Source: Alkalilimnicola ehrlichii MLHE-1 (lineage in GTDB: Bacteria > Pseudomonadota > Gammaproteobacteria > Nitrococcales > Halorhodospiraceae). Taken from it: DNA of 32,000 nt. Shown one piece after another: positions 1 to 9,726 of the stretch. The notes beneath the pieces are model-generated. The model searched no databases. It was not told the DNA's origin and saw nothing but the letters and a program-made list of their open reading frames with translations. The position numbers and the translations under genes were made by a program. How positions within the stretch are numbered: position 1 is the stretch's first letter; each line of letters starts with the position of its first letter. Location of the stretch: assembly GCF_000014785.1 (NCBI RefSeq), contig NC_008340.1, positions 2,280,001 through 2,312,000 of the forward strand, written 5' to 3'.

Positions 1-32
1 GCAACTCGGGATGGGGGCGACCGAAGCGTTTT

Positions 33-452
33 TCAAGGCGTCTTGCGAGCGATCATCGGGATACGGTGCAAACGGCCATGCTGTATACCGGGCCTGGCCA
101 TGACTGACTCGGCAAACCCTTCAATCTGAGCAGCCTCTCCCTTGAGCATGACCGCCTCCACACAGAGGTCGTGATCCACGTGCATATGCAACGTCGTCAC
201 CGTCAGATCGAAATGTGCATGATGGGCCTCGGTTAACCGCTTGGCCAGTTCACGCTCTTTGTGGTCATAAAGATAGGTCAGCACCCCAACGCACGGCGTA
301 TCCGGACGCTCATCGAGTGCCTCGGAGCCTAGCGCACCACGGATCAGGTCGCGAACAGCCTCGGACCGGTTGTTATACCCCCGCCTCTCCAGAAAGTTAT
401 CGAACTCGGCCGCCAATCCGCTTTCCAATGAGACCGTCACCCGCTCACTCAT
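33..452 (-). CDS. nikR: Nickel-responsive transcriptional regulator NikR
   Basis: ORF 33..524 trimmed to the ATG at 452, giving MSERVTVSLESGLAAEFDNFLERRGYNNRSEAVRDLIR, a ribbon-helix-helix N-terminus. The C-terminal domain has the NikR high-affinity Ni site spacing H-x10-H-x-H-x5-C (AHHAHFDLTVTTLHMHVDHDLC). The ATG overlaps the hupT stop by 8 nt. Confidence 0.9.
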   Translation of the reverse strand: MSERVTVSLESGLAAEFDNFLERRGYNNRSEAVRDLIRGALGSEALDERPDTPCVGVLTYLYDHKERELAKRLTEAHHAHFDLTVTTLHMHVDHDLCVEAVMLKGEAAQIEGFAESVMARPGIQHGRLHRIPMIARKTP

Positions 453-1857
453 CCGGACACCCCACGCTGCTCTCATCTGTCTCCAACGGCAGCCGCAGGC
501 GGAACAACGCCCCGCCTTGGACATGGTTGTCGCCGCTTAGCTGGCCCCCATGACGCTCCACTATCCCAAAGCTGACCGAGAGCCCCAGTCCGGTTCCCTT
601 CCCCACGGGTTTGGTGGAAAAAAAGGGATCAAATATCCGCCCCAATGCCTCCTCATCAATCCCTGGCCCGTTATCGTGGAACCAGAGCTCTACCATTCCA
701 TCCACCACATGACCGGAGATTCGCAACACTGGATCCGGGCACCCCTGCAAGGCATCAACCGCGTTGCTCACGAGGTTAACGACCACCTGCTGCATCTGCC
801 CCTGTGAGCCACGGACCCAGTACGGCTGCTGCAAGGCATGGACAACGGAAACGGGGTGGGATACCGCCTTCTCCACCCAATGCACTGATCGCTCCACCAC
901 CTCCCGCAGATCAAACACCTGATCCGCATCCCGGTCTACTGCTGCAAAACGTTTCAAGGCATCCACGATATCGTGCGTGCGCTCAGCCCCTTCGACTGTC
1001 CCCTCGAGTAGCGGCGCAATATCCTCCAGGACGTAGTCGATGCGGAGTTTACTCCTCAGGCGTTGCTGCTCTTCCGCGCTCACTCCCCGGTGGATGGCGC
1101 CCAGATACTCCTCAAGACGCCCGAGATAACGCTTCAGGGCGAAGGCATTACCCACGACAAAGCTAATGGGATTGTTCAGCTCATGGGCCACACCGGCAAC
1201 CAGCTGACCGATCGATGCCAGCTTTTCGCTTTGAATGAGTTGCTGTTGGGTCCGCTTCAAGCTCTCATGGGCCTCACTTAAGTCATGGTAAGCCTGTCGC
1301 AGTTCGCCGACCGGCCGCCCGATCAAAACCAATCCCTGAATCCGTCCGATCCGGTCACGCAGAGGCGCACAGTTCACCGCCACCGGGTTATGGCCGCCCC
1401 GGTGATCAACGAAGTTGACCTCGCAATCATTAACCGCCACAGCCTCGGCATGCTCAAAAACGCCCCTGGTCAACAGGCGATCACGGGATGCCTGATCGGC
1501 AAGGAGATCCCGCAGCGGCCGCCCCACCAGTACATCGCTACCCTCTCCTACCAGCTGTTCCATAGCCGGGTTCACCCGCTGGACCCGCCCCTGGTGATCG
1601 CACACCACCAGGACATCCGACATGGCGGAGAGCACACTAAAGAGAAACTGCTGGGAGCGCTCCAGTTCTGCATTCTTGCGCTCGAGCTCCGTCTCGTTCT
1701 CCAGCAGTTCGCTGTAGACCTCATCCATCCGATGGATGACTTCCAGCCAGGTTTGCTCGTCGAAGCTGCCCTCGGAATCGGTCTGCCCTGCCCCGGGCGA
1801 CATGGCCTGATTGAGCAGGGTCTCCGCCCCACGTCGATGTCTTGAACGTTCACCCAT
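445..1857 (-). CDS. hupT: Soluble sensor histidine kinase of the H2-sensing system (HupT/HoxJ)
   Basis: 470-aa ORF with a coiled-coil/PAS-like N-terminal half. It has the H-box VAGVAHELNNPISF, N-box LVSNAVDA and G-boxes HDNGPGI and GTGLGLS. No TM segment. It sits directly after hupUV, as in hoxBCJ. Confidence 0.88.
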   Translation of the reverse strand: MGERSRHRRGAETLLNQAMSPGAGQTDSEGSFDEQTWLEVIHRMDEVYSELLENETELERKNAELERSQQFLFSVLSAMSDVLVVCDHQGRVQRVNPAMEQLVGEGSDVLVGRPLRDLLADQASRDRLLTRGVFEHAEAVAVNDCEVNFVDHRGGHNPVAVNCAPLRDRIGRIQGLVLIGRPVGELRQAYHDLSEAHESLKRTQQQLIQSEKLASIGQLVAGVAHELNNPISFVVGNAFALKRYLGRLEEYLGAIHRGVSAEEQQRLRSKLRIDYVLEDIAPLLEGTVEGAERTHDIVDALKRFAAVDRDADQVFDLREVVERSVHWVEKAVSHPVSVVHALQQPYWVRGSQGQMQQVVVNLVSNAVDALQGCPDPVLRISGHVVDGMVELWFHDNGPGIDEEALGRIFDPFFSTKPVGKGTGLGLSVSFGIVERHGGQLSGDNHVQGGALFRLRLPLETDESSVGCPDE

Positions 1858-1879
1858 CGCCCGTTCGGGCCTCCGCTAG

Positions 1880-3328
1880 TCAGTGCACGGTACACACCAT
1901 ACAGGGATCAAACGACCGCACCACATGCTGGACCGCTACCGACTCCCCCGCATCCGCAGCAGGTGTCCCTACCAGCGCCTGCTCCAGCGGCCCGGGCACA
2001 CCGGCGTGATCCCGAGGCGAAAAGTTCCACGTCGTCGGCGCAATGATCTGATAATTGCTGATCATGCCGTTTCTAACCGTGAGCCAGTGGCCCAGGCTAC
2101 CGCGGGCCGCCTCGGTCAAACCGACCCCGACGCCCTCGCCGGGCAGGGTGTAATCGGCATAGCAGGGCTCGCCCGGTTGCAGTGATCTCACCCAATGCTC
2201 CATCAATGGCGGAACTCGCGCCAGTTCAATCAGGCGGGCAATCACTCGGTTACGCACGTTACCACCGCTTTCCGCCACCAGTGCGCGAATCAGCGGTTGC
2301 CCATCCACCAACTGACGGGCGAGTGCCCCCGTCTCCACCACGGCCCCGCCCATCCGCGGTGCCTTGCACCAACTATAGGCGTCGGCCTTCTGCACCACAG
2401 GTTCTGTCACGCCGTGAAGAGGATGTGCCGGTTTCCCCGGCCCGGACAGCCAGGCGCTCGTCAGGTCTTCGTCAATGGCTTCAGTATTCAAAGGCTGCAC
2501 CTGCCCGTCCACCCACTGGCCAGGTGCGAAAGCGGTTTCATCGCCAATGGGGTAGCTCCCATAACTTAGAAAGCCACCCGGACTCCGCCCCAGCGATACC
2601 AGATCCAGATCATCCGCCAGGCGAAGAAACCCGGCGAAATCACCCTGGGCGGGGCCAGGCCGTGCCCGCCAGGCCTCAAGTGCCGCCGGACTCTCCAAGG
2701 CGAGTACACACTCCAGCCGGTCACCAAACAGGTGACGCTCCAGCCAGGTGCGAAACTCCCGCACTATCGCGAGCAGTCGAAGCCTCTCGGCCGGCTCCAC
2801 TGCCCGGGAGGCGCCACCTGGGTGAATGGCCAGGGTGTGCGGCCACTTACCGGCCAATAGCCCCATCAGGGTCAGGAAGCGCGCCCGGGCTGGCAGGGCC
2901 TGGGCCGGGGCCTGGCCACGCACCGCCCGAAACCGGGTCTGTACCGCCGAGTGCCAGGTGCGATCCGCGTAGTCTTCCCGGGCAAAATCGGGCATGAAAA
3001 AGAGATAAAAATGAGTGAAGTGGTCCGCCAGATTCTCGGCCGCATGTATCAGGTTTCGTATCAACGCCCCGTTCCGAGGCATCTGCGCTCCAGCCAGGTC
3101 TGCCAGTGCGCTGGCAGCGGCGACAGACTGCGATACGGAACAGATTCCACAGATGCGCGGTGCAAAGACCAGGGCATCCAGCGGCTCCCGTCCCAGCAGC
3201 ACCCGCTCGAACCCGCGGTATAGAGGCGAGTTAACCCATGCCTGATGCACATACCCATCGCGAACGTCCAGAGTGACCTCCAGGTCCCCTTCCACGCGAT
3301 TAAACGGGCCGACCACCACACGACTCAT
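1880..3328 (-). CDS. hupV: Regulatory (H2-sensing) [NiFe] hydrogenase large subunit HupV/HoxC
   Basis: Trimmed to the ATG at 3328 (MSRVVVGPFNRVEGDLEV), which forms an ATGA overlap with the hupU stop. It has the large-subunit Cys motifs RICGICSVSQ and DPCMVCTVH. The protein terminates directly after the His, so there is no cleavable C-terminal extension. Confidence 0.92.
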   Translation of the reverse strand: MSRVVVGPFNRVEGDLEVTLDVRDGYVHQAWVNSPLYRGFERVLLGREPLDALVFAPRICGICSVSQSVAAASALADLAGAQMPRNGALIRNLIHAAENLADHFTHFYLFFMPDFAREDYADRTWHSAVQTRFRAVRGQAPAQALPARARFLTLMGLLAGKWPHTLAIHPGGASRAVEPAERLRLLAIVREFRTWLERHLFGDRLECVLALESPAALEAWRARPGPAQGDFAGFLRLADDLDLVSLGRSPGGFLSYGSYPIGDETAFAPGQWVDGQVQPLNTEAIDEDLTSAWLSGPGKPAHPLHGVTEPVVQKADAYSWCKAPRMGGAVVETGALARQLVDGQPLIRALVAESGGNVRNRVIARLIELARVPPLMEHWVRSLQPGEPCYADYTLPGEGVGVGLTEAARGSLGHWLTVRNGMISNYQIIAPTTWNFSPRDHAGVPGPLEQALVGTPAADAGESVAVQHVVRSFDPCMVCTVH

Positions 3329-4344
3329 TTCAACCCCGTCTTTCGGTTCTTGGGCCGTACGACCTGATGGTCGGCGACGGCATTGCGCCGGAGCCGCTCC
3401 GGAGTGGCCGACTTGGACAGTGCCGCCAACGCCACAAACCAAGCCTTAGGCATATCGGTCGGCAAGCCCACGGGGATGCCTCCCACCTTGGGGGTGCTCA
3501 GGAAGCCGTGACCGGGGTCCTGAAACCCCGGCTCCGTGCAACTAATGCACGCGTAACCGCCACGAAGGCAGGAGCCCTGCCCATTCCAGGGCCGGATATT
3601 GCAATCGGCGTGGGCCTGGGTCCCCTTGCAGCCCAGGTGCTCCATCATGCAGCCAAGGTCAGAGGGCTTTTCCGCGCTCGCCTTGAATTCGTAGTACTCG
3701 TTACGTGCACAACCGTGGTGAACCAAGTGGTCGGCATAAAAGCGGGGCCGCCGCCATTCATCCAGAGCATCCTCATCCAGAAGCCCCATTGCCACCGCCA
3801 TTAGGGTTTCCGTGACCCACTCCGGATGGGTCGGGCAGCCCGCCAGGTTAATCACCGGAAGGCCGGCCTTGGATCGGAAATCGGCGCCCAAGAGGCCACC
3901 GACCAGATCCGATTCATACTGCAAGCCAGGCATTTCACCCGGGGCATGTCCTGCAGCTGAGATTCCCCCATAGGCCGAGCAACTTCCCACCGCAACGGTG
4001 TAGTCCGCCACTTCGGCCAAATCCCTCACCCAATCCCTCATAGGTCGGCCGGTTCCGGCAAACAGGTGATACCTGCCGGTCCCACCGGGGCCGCACATCA
4101 CGGCGCCCTCCAGACAAAGCACGTCCAGCGTCAGTTCACCGCGCAGACAGGCATCGAGTATCTCCCGAACGTCCCGGCCGGACGGCTCACTGAGCGAGGG
4201 GTGCCAGAGCAGATTGATACCCATGCCGGCCAACTCACCAAAAAGATCCGGCGTGTCAGCACACAGCAGAGACATTGTGCATCCGCCACACCCTCCGGAC
4301 TGCAACCAGAGCACATTGAGCGGGCGGGCGTTCAACCGCATCAT
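3325..4344 (-). CDS. hupU: Regulatory [NiFe] hydrogenase small subunit HupU/HoxB
   Basis: 339 aa with small-subunit FeS Cys motifs (LQSGGCGGCTMS, GSCSAYGG, GCPTHP, Cys-rich C-half). The N-terminus MMRLNARPLNVLW has no RRxFxK Tat signal. ATGA overlaps on both sides. Confidence 0.92.
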   Translation of the reverse strand: MMRLNARPLNVLWLQSGGCGGCTMSLLCADTPDLFGELAGMGINLLWHPSLSEPSGRDVREILDACLRGELTLDVLCLEGAVMCGPGGTGRYHLFAGTGRPMRDWVRDLAEVADYTVAVGSCSAYGGISAAGHAPGEMPGLQYESDLVGGLLGADFRSKAGLPVINLAGCPTHPEWVTETLMAVAMGLLDEDALDEWRRPRFYADHLVHHGCARNEYYEFKASAEKPSDLGCMMEHLGCKGTQAHADCNIRPWNGQGSCLRGGYACISCTEPGFQDPGHGFLSTPKVGGIPVGLPTDMPKAWFVALAALSKSATPERLRRNAVADHQVVRPKNRKTGLK

Positions 4345-5795
4345 GATGATGTGTCCTCAATGCCGTAACGTTGCAGCTTGCCACGCAGACCGACTCGGGA
4401 GAGCCCGAGTTCCTCGGCCGCGCGGGACTTATTCCATCGCAGGCGGGTCAGGACTTCACGGATGATCGCCGCTTCCAGTTGCTCAATACGATCCTTGAGA
4501 CTGCCATCAAGCCTGGAGAGATGATCCAACTCGGCTTGGTCATCCTCGGTCCCGCCCCGCACCACGGCGGCCGACAGCAAATCGGCACTCAGCCGACCGT
4601 CCTCAGTTAATGCCACCATGCGCAAAATCTCATTCTGCAGTTGCCGGACGTTGCCCGGCCAGTGGTAACGGCGCAGACAAGCTAGTGTCTCTTGGTCGAA
4701 CCCAAGCACCGGCTTGTCCAGTACCCGGCTAACCTCCCCGAGCAGATAGTCCGCCAGCAACGGAATGTCCATCGGTCGCTCACGCAAAGGGGGGATATGC
4801 AACTGAAAAGCGCTCAACCGATAAAACAGGTCCTCACGAAAGTTCCCCTGACGAACTTCCTCCTGAAGATCGCGGTTGGTCGCAGAGATTACCCGGACAT
4901 CGATCCGCACCGTCTGGGAACTACCGACGGGTCTGATCTCACCCTCTTGGAGGACGCGCAACAACTTGACCTGAAAACCAGGTGAGGTCTCGCCGATCTC
5001 ATCCAGGAAGATAGTCCCGCCGTCCGCCCTTTGAAAGAGGCCCTGACGATCTTCGTGTGCTCCGGTGAAGGCTCCACGCTTATGCCCGAACAGCTCACTC
5101 TCAAGCAGTTGCTCCGGCAAGGCGGCACAGTTCTCCACCACGAACGGCTGATCGTGCCGACTGCTTCGATAATGGATTGCGCGCGCCAGCAGCTCCTTAC
5201 CCGTTCCGGACGCACCCGTCAGCATCACCGGGATGTTATAGGCGGCCACCTTATAGGCGAGCCGACAAACCTCATTCATAGGACTGTCCTCAGCCCGGGT
5301 GATGAGGTCCCGGTGCAGGACGGACTCCCGCGCCCATTCCCGCTTGGTCCGGACGCGCTCACGCAGCACCGGCTCAGCGGAGCGCAGTTCGAGGTTGAGC
5401 AGTTCGTTCTGCTGCTGAAGTCGATGCAGCTCCGCAGCACGCTTCACCGTAAGCAGCAGCCCTTCGGGCTGCCAGGGCTTATGCACGAACTGGTAGATGC
5501 CCGCATCGTTAATGGCCGACATCATATCCGCGGGATCGGTGTAACCGGAGATGATCAGACGCACCACGTCGGGCCAGCGCGTACGCACCCTGCGTAACAG
5601 CTCCACCCCGGTGGTCCCCGGCATGCGCTGGTCGGAAAGCACCACCTGGACGAATTCGGTCTCGAGTACGGCGATGGCCTCTTCGGCGTCGTTCGCGGTC
5701 AGCACCCGAAAGTCTTCGTCCAACACCCGTCGAAGGGTCTGCAACGCACGGGGTTCGTCATCGACCACCAGAATGGTGGGCGGCCCTCCCGTCAT
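4341..5795 (-). CDS. hoxA: NtrC-family sigma54-dependent response regulator HoxA/HupR
   Basis: Receiver domain (ILVVDDEP...VVLSDQRMPG). AAA+ domain with Walker A GASGTGKE, GAFTGA loop (HKRGAFTGAHE) and Walker B FLDEIGE. C-terminal Fis-type HTH (SRAAEELGLSRVGLRGKLQRYGI). ATGA overlaps with hypX and hupU. Confidence 0.92.
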   Translation of the reverse strand: MTGGPPTILVVDDEPRALQTLRRVLDEDFRVLTANDAEEAIAVLETEFVQVVLSDQRMPGTTGVELLRRVRTRWPDVVRLIISGYTDPADMMSAINDAGIYQFVHKPWQPEGLLLTVKRAAELHRLQQQNELLNLELRSAEPVLRERVRTKREWARESVLHRDLITRAEDSPMNEVCRLAYKVAAYNIPVMLTGASGTGKELLARAIHYRSSRHDQPFVVENCAALPEQLLESELFGHKRGAFTGAHEDRQGLFQRADGGTIFLDEIGETSPGFQVKLLRVLQEGEIRPVGSSQTVRIDVRVISATNRDLQEEVRQGNFREDLFYRLSAFQLHIPPLRERPMDIPLLADYLLGEVSRVLDKPVLGFDQETLACLRRYHWPGNVRQLQNEILRMVALTEDGRLSADLLSAAVVRGGTEDDQAELDHLSRLDGSLKDRIEQLEAAIIREVLTRLRWNKSRAAEELGLSRVGLRGKLQRYGIEDTSS

Positions 5796-7519
5796 GATGC
5801 ATCCGCAGTGAGCGCATTGAGCCTTTGGTCCCGGTGGCGCGCCAGATGTATCGGCGTTCGTGACAAGGGACGGCGGTGTACGAAATTGAAACGCGCCACG
5901 TGATAACTTGGATCAAAGCCGAAAAAATTCAGTTGCATCTCGGTCATCTCCTCCTCCCGGTAGCGGGCCAGCGGTTTCCGTGCCTCGTCGCGGGCACGTT
6001 GCACCCTCTTGGACCGCACAATACCAGACCAATTGGGGTCCGAGGCCAAGGCTTCAGCGCGGGCCTGGATATCAGCCTCCGCGCCATCCCTACTCAGCAC
6101 CTCGTCCACAACCCCCACCTGGTGCGCTTCCCATACCCCCATCGGAAGTCGCTGCTCCAGCAGCACTGCCCGGTCACCATGCCGGACCCGGCGTGGTAAC
6201 AGGTATGTCCAATACTCCGACCCATAAAGGTTACCCATATTCTTGTAATGGGGGTTCAATACCACACCATCGACGGCCCAGACATAATCAGCCGCCAAGG
6301 CGAAGAAGACACCTCCGGCCGCCGCGTTGCCACGCAAAGCCGCCACCACCGGGCACTCAACCAGCTCAACGATCTCACGGGTCAGATCGTTCATGGCATT
6401 GATATTGCCCCACGAGGCCTCAGCTGGATGATCATCCGCCTCGATACGGTGCAGATGGATGCCGTTAGACCAGAAATCGGCCCCGCCCATCAGCACCAGT
6501 ACCCGGGGCGGGCTTGCCTTGACCCGGCGACATATTGCTGTAAGGCGACGGCACTGATCGACGCTCAGTGCCCCATTATGGCAATCGAAGTACAGGTAAC
6601 CGACGCCATTGCGTTCCCGGTAGCGGATCTCCTGCCAGGTTGGATAGTCCGGGTTTTCAAAGGCGTCCAGGGGCGCCTCCTGCACATCCGCAATACGATC
6701 ACCCAATACCTGGGCGGCCGGGAGCTTGAGGCCACCATTGCCGGAAGCGTCGTCACGGCACAAATGGGTTACCCAAACCGCCCCATCAACCGTGCCGAGG
6801 CACACGGCACCGTCCCGAATGGCCAATATTGCGCCCGGCTCCCCGCGCAACTCGCCCTCCGGCCAGGGGTTGTACATCCTTACCCGCAGCCCGGCCAGCC
6901 TGTCACGTACCCCAGGATGACCGTCCGCTGCCCGCAGCAGGGCCAGCACCTCCGCGGTGGTGTGCCGCGACCATTCGATCCTGCGATCCGATTGCCTCAT
7001 CAAGGGACGCCATCCTCCTGGCCGGCCGTCCTCCCCCAGGGCGAGTCGCTGTGGCGTGTACCGGTCGCTCTCCAGGCGTTCGAGTGCCTGCCGGACCGCG
7101 GTCACTGAGGCGTCGGCAACCTCATGCCGGTAGAGATGGCCTTTGCATGCGGCCCGCATGGGAAATTCCACGCTGGCCCAAACCGGCCCGGCGTCCATCT
7201 CCGCCTCGGCTTGCAGTACGGTGACCCCCCACGTCGAGACACCGGTCTGAATGGCCCAATCCAGCGAGGATGGCCCCCGGTCACCCGCAGGGCCGGGATG
7301 AACAATCCAGCAGAGATGCTCCCGCCAGATGGATTCGGCGATGGCCCGCTTGAGGAAGGGGGCAAGGATCAGATCAGGCCGGAAAAGGCGCACGGCCTCC
7401 GCCGTAACCTGGTCATTGATATCGAACTCCACCGACACCTCATGCCCGAGTTTCTGGAGTTCAATAAACAATCGCTGGCTCAGGCTGTTGAAGCTGTGGG
7501 TCAGTAACAGTATCCGCAT
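5792..7519 (-). CDS. hypX: HypX/HoxX maturation protein (N-terminal formyltransferase-like domain, C-terminal crotonase-like domain)
   Basis: ATG at 7519 gives MRILLLTHSFNSLSQRL, the typical HypX N-terminus. The track start at 7528 is a GTG 3 codons upstream. The C-terminal half has enoyl-CoA hydratase-like motifs (GGADFWSNGIHL, LRGNAAAGGVFFALAAD). It lies between hypE and hoxA as in C. necator. Confidence 0.88.
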   Translation of the reverse strand: MRILLLTHSFNSLSQRLFIELQKLGHEVSVEFDINDQVTAEAVRLFRPDLILAPFLKRAIAESIWREHLCWIVHPGPAGDRGPSSLDWAIQTGVSTWGVTVLQAEAEMDAGPVWASVEFPMRAACKGHLYRHEVADASVTAVRQALERLESDRYTPQRLALGEDGRPGGWRPLMRQSDRRIEWSRHTTAEVLALLRAADGHPGVRDRLAGLRVRMYNPWPEGELRGEPGAILAIRDGAVCLGTVDGAVWVTHLCRDDASGNGGLKLPAAQVLGDRIADVQEAPLDAFENPDYPTWQEIRYRERNGVGYLYFDCHNGALSVDQCRRLTAICRRVKASPPRVLVLMGGADFWSNGIHLHRIEADDHPAEASWGNINAMNDLTREIVELVECPVVAALRGNAAAGGVFFALAADYVWAVDGVVLNPHYKNMGNLYGSEYWTYLLPRRVRHGDRAVLLEQRLPMGVWEAHQVGVVDEVLSRDGAEADIQARAEALASDPNWSGIVRSKRVQRARDEARKPLARYREEEMTEMQLNFFGFDPSYHVARFNFVHRRPLSRTPIHLARHRDQRLNALTADAS

Positions 7520-7540
7520 AATGATCACACCCGGCTGCGG

Positions 7541-8593
7541 TTAACAGATGCGGGGAAGCTGCTCTCCCGCGATCCAATCCACATTCCTTGTTCCACCGAA
7601 GGCTGTTTCCATTTGTACGAAGCCATGACTATCCTCTATCACCTCCCCAATCAGGGCGGCATCAGAGCCCAAAGGATGAGCGCGCATCACAGCTAGCAGG
7701 CGCTCGCTGGCATCCGGCGGACAAATGGCCAAGAGTTTGCCTTCATTCGCCACGTACAAGGGATCGAGCCCGAGCAATTCACAGGCGGCATCGACCGCCT
7801 CGCGGATCGGCAGGGCCTCCTCCCGGATAACTATTCCCACGCCTGATTGGCGGCTCAACTCGTTCAGCGTCGCCGCCACTCCCCCGCGCGTGGGATCCCG
7901 CAGGCAACGCACCTGCGGGACCTCATCCAGCATGGCGGCCACAAGTTCATGCAGCGCGGCCGAATCGGAGGTAATCGGGGCCTCGAAGCCTAAGCTTTCC
8001 CGCAGCGACATAATGGCAACACCATGATCCCCGATGGGGCCGCTGACCAGTACGTGATCACCAGGACGGGCTCGATCCCCCGACAGCTCCAGCCCCGGAG
8101 GCACCACGCCGATGCCCGTCGTGTTGATAAACACCCCGTCACCCTTGCCCCGCTCGACGACCTTGGTATCGCCGGTCACCACCGATACCCCCGCCGCACT
8201 CGCTGCCTCCGACATGGATTCCACGATCCGGCGCAGATCGGCAAGCGGATACCCTTCCTCGAGAATGAAACCAGCGGTCAAGGCCAGCGGACGGGCCCCG
8301 CACATCGCCACATCATTGATCGTCCCATGAACTGCCAGGCTCCCGATATTCCCCCCGGGAAAGAAGAGCGGCGAGACGACATGGCTGTCGGTGGCCACCA
8401 CCAAACGGCCGGGCGGCGGCTCAACAACAGCCTGATCATTTCCTTTGCGAAGCGCAGGATTGTCGAAGGCCGCCATGAAAAGCTCATCAATGAGCTGCGC
8501 CATGGCACGACCACCACCGCCGTGGGCCAGCTCCACGCTGCCTCGCCGGAAATTCAGGGGCCGGACATAGCCGGGTTTTGCGCCACTGGTCAC
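7541..8593 (-). CDS. hypE: Hydrogenase maturation protein HypE (carbamoyl dehydratase)
   Basis: AIR-synthase-like protein with ELAHGGGGRAM near the N-terminus and the diagnostic C-terminal PRIC. Start set to the GTG at 8593 because it forms a GTGA overlap with the hypD stop and GGAGAAGG lies 4-8 nt upstream. The track's longer start at 8644 is possible. Confidence 0.9.
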   Translation of the reverse strand: MTSGAKPGYVRPLNFRRGSVELAHGGGGRAMAQLIDELFMAAFDNPALRKGNDQAVVEPPPGRLVVATDSHVVSPLFFPGGNIGSLAVHGTINDVAMCGARPLALTAGFILEEGYPLADLRRIVESMSEAASAAGVSVVTGDTKVVERGKGDGVFINTTGIGVVPPGLELSGDRARPGDHVLVSGPIGDHGVAIMSLRESLGFEAPITSDSAALHELVAAMLDEVPQVRCLRDPTRGGVAATLNELSRQSGVGIVIREEALPIREAVDAACELLGLDPLYVANEGKLLAICPPDASERLLAVMRAHPLGSDAALIGEVIEDSHGFVQMETAFGGTRNVDWIAGEQLPRIC

Positions 8594-9726
8594 GATGCCT
8601 TCTCCGTCTGTTGGAACCGCCCGTAAGTGAAATAGGCTGAGCACGCCCCTTCGGCAGAGACCATGCAGGACCCGAGCGGGGTCTCAGGTGTACATGCGTT
8701 CCCGAACACCTTGCAGTCAAGCGGGTGCTTGAGCCCACGCAGGATGGCACCGCACTCACACGCCTTGGCATCAGGGACCGAGCGGTAGCTCAGTCCGAAG
8801 CGATGCTCCGCATCCAGATCCGCGTAGTCGGGACGGATGCGGAGAGCGCTGTAAGGCACTTCGCCCAAACCCCGCCACTCGAATCGGGCGCGTAGTTCAA
8901 AGACGTCGGCGACCGCTTGCTGCGCCTTACGGTTACCGTTTCGCGTCACCGCGCGCGAAAACTGATTCTCCACCTCGAACCGTCCCTCATTGAGCTGGCG
9001 CACCAGCATTAGCACGCTGTGCAATACATCCAGCGGCTCGAACCCGGCGATGACTACCGGCTTCTGGTACTCCGCTGCGAAATACTCGTACGGACGGCTA
9101 CCGATCACCGTGGAGACATGGGAGGGACCGATAAAGCCATCCAGGGGGACCGTGCCCAGATTGCGAACCGCCGGTGCTTCGAGGATGTTCTGGATCGCCG
9201 CTGGCGTCAGGACGTGATTGCAGAAGACGCTGAAATTCTGAAGATTGTCATCCCTGGCCTGTTTTACGGCGACCGCCGTCGGCGGTGTGGTGGTCTCAAA
9301 GCCGATGGCAAAGAAGACCACCTCGCGATCGGGGTGTGCGCGTGCGATCCTCAGCGCATCCAGCGCGGAGTAGACCATGCGGACGTCCGCCCCCTCCGCC
9401 CTCGCCTTGAGTAGGCTTTGCCCGCCTGACGCCGGGACCCGAAGGGTGTCACCGTAGCTGCAAAGGATGGTGTCAGGCCGCCGGGCAATATCGATAGCGT
9501 TATCGATCCGGCCGATGGGCAGCACACAAACCGGGCAGCCGGGTCCGTGAATGAAACGAATCGATGCCGGCAATAGATCACGCAGCCCGTATCGTGATAT
9601 TGCGTGGGTATGGCCGCCACAGAACTCCATGATCCGGTACTCCCGTCCGGAACAGGCCTCAGCGGTGATGGCGCGCGCCAGCCTCCCTGCCAGCCCCCCG
9701 TCCCGGAACTCACTGACATACTTCAT
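8590..9726 (-). CDS. hypD: Hydrogenase maturation protein HypD
   Basis: Starts MKYVSEFRD. Has motifs CGGHTH, GPGCPVCV and GFETTTP plus the C-terminal Cys cluster (CECGAILRG...C...C...C). ATGA overlap with the hypC stop. Confidence 0.95.
   Translation of the reverse strand: MKYVSEFRDGGLAGRLARAITAEACSGREYRIMEFCGGHTHAISRYGLRDLLPASIRFIHGPGCPVCVLPIGRIDNAIDIARRPDTILCSYGDTLRVPASGGQSLLKARAEGADVRMVYSALDALRIARAHPDREVVFFAIGFETTTPPTAVAVKQARDDNLQNFSVFCNHVLTPAAIQNILEAPAVRNLGTVPLDGFIGPSHVSTVIGSRPYEYFAAEYQKPVVIAGFEPLDVLHSVLMLVRQLNEGRFEVENQFSRAVTRNGNRKAQQAVADVFELRARFEWRGLGEVPYSALRIRPDYADLDAEHRFGLSYRSVPDAKACECGAILRGLKHPLDCKVFGNACTPETPLGSCMVSAEGACSAYFTYGRFQQTEKAS

Noticed and set aside
453-524. 24-codon extension of nikR. 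The extensions of hupV (3329-3442), hypF (12279-12431), hupH (16238-16384) and hupG (16684-16809) are analogous.
   Set aside because: Each extension overlaps the upstream gene. Each lacks homology to the family N-terminus, and each is superseded by a start with overlap geometry and/or an SD.
2182-2997. 271-aa plus-strand ORF. Similar long ORFs occur at 10830-11690, 13872-14585, 22344-22946 and 16891-17823.
   Set aside because: All are antisense or out of frame relative to strongly supported genes (hupV, hypF, hupK, the TonB receptor, hupD/hupF). Their translations are rich in Pro, Arg and Ala and carry no motifs.
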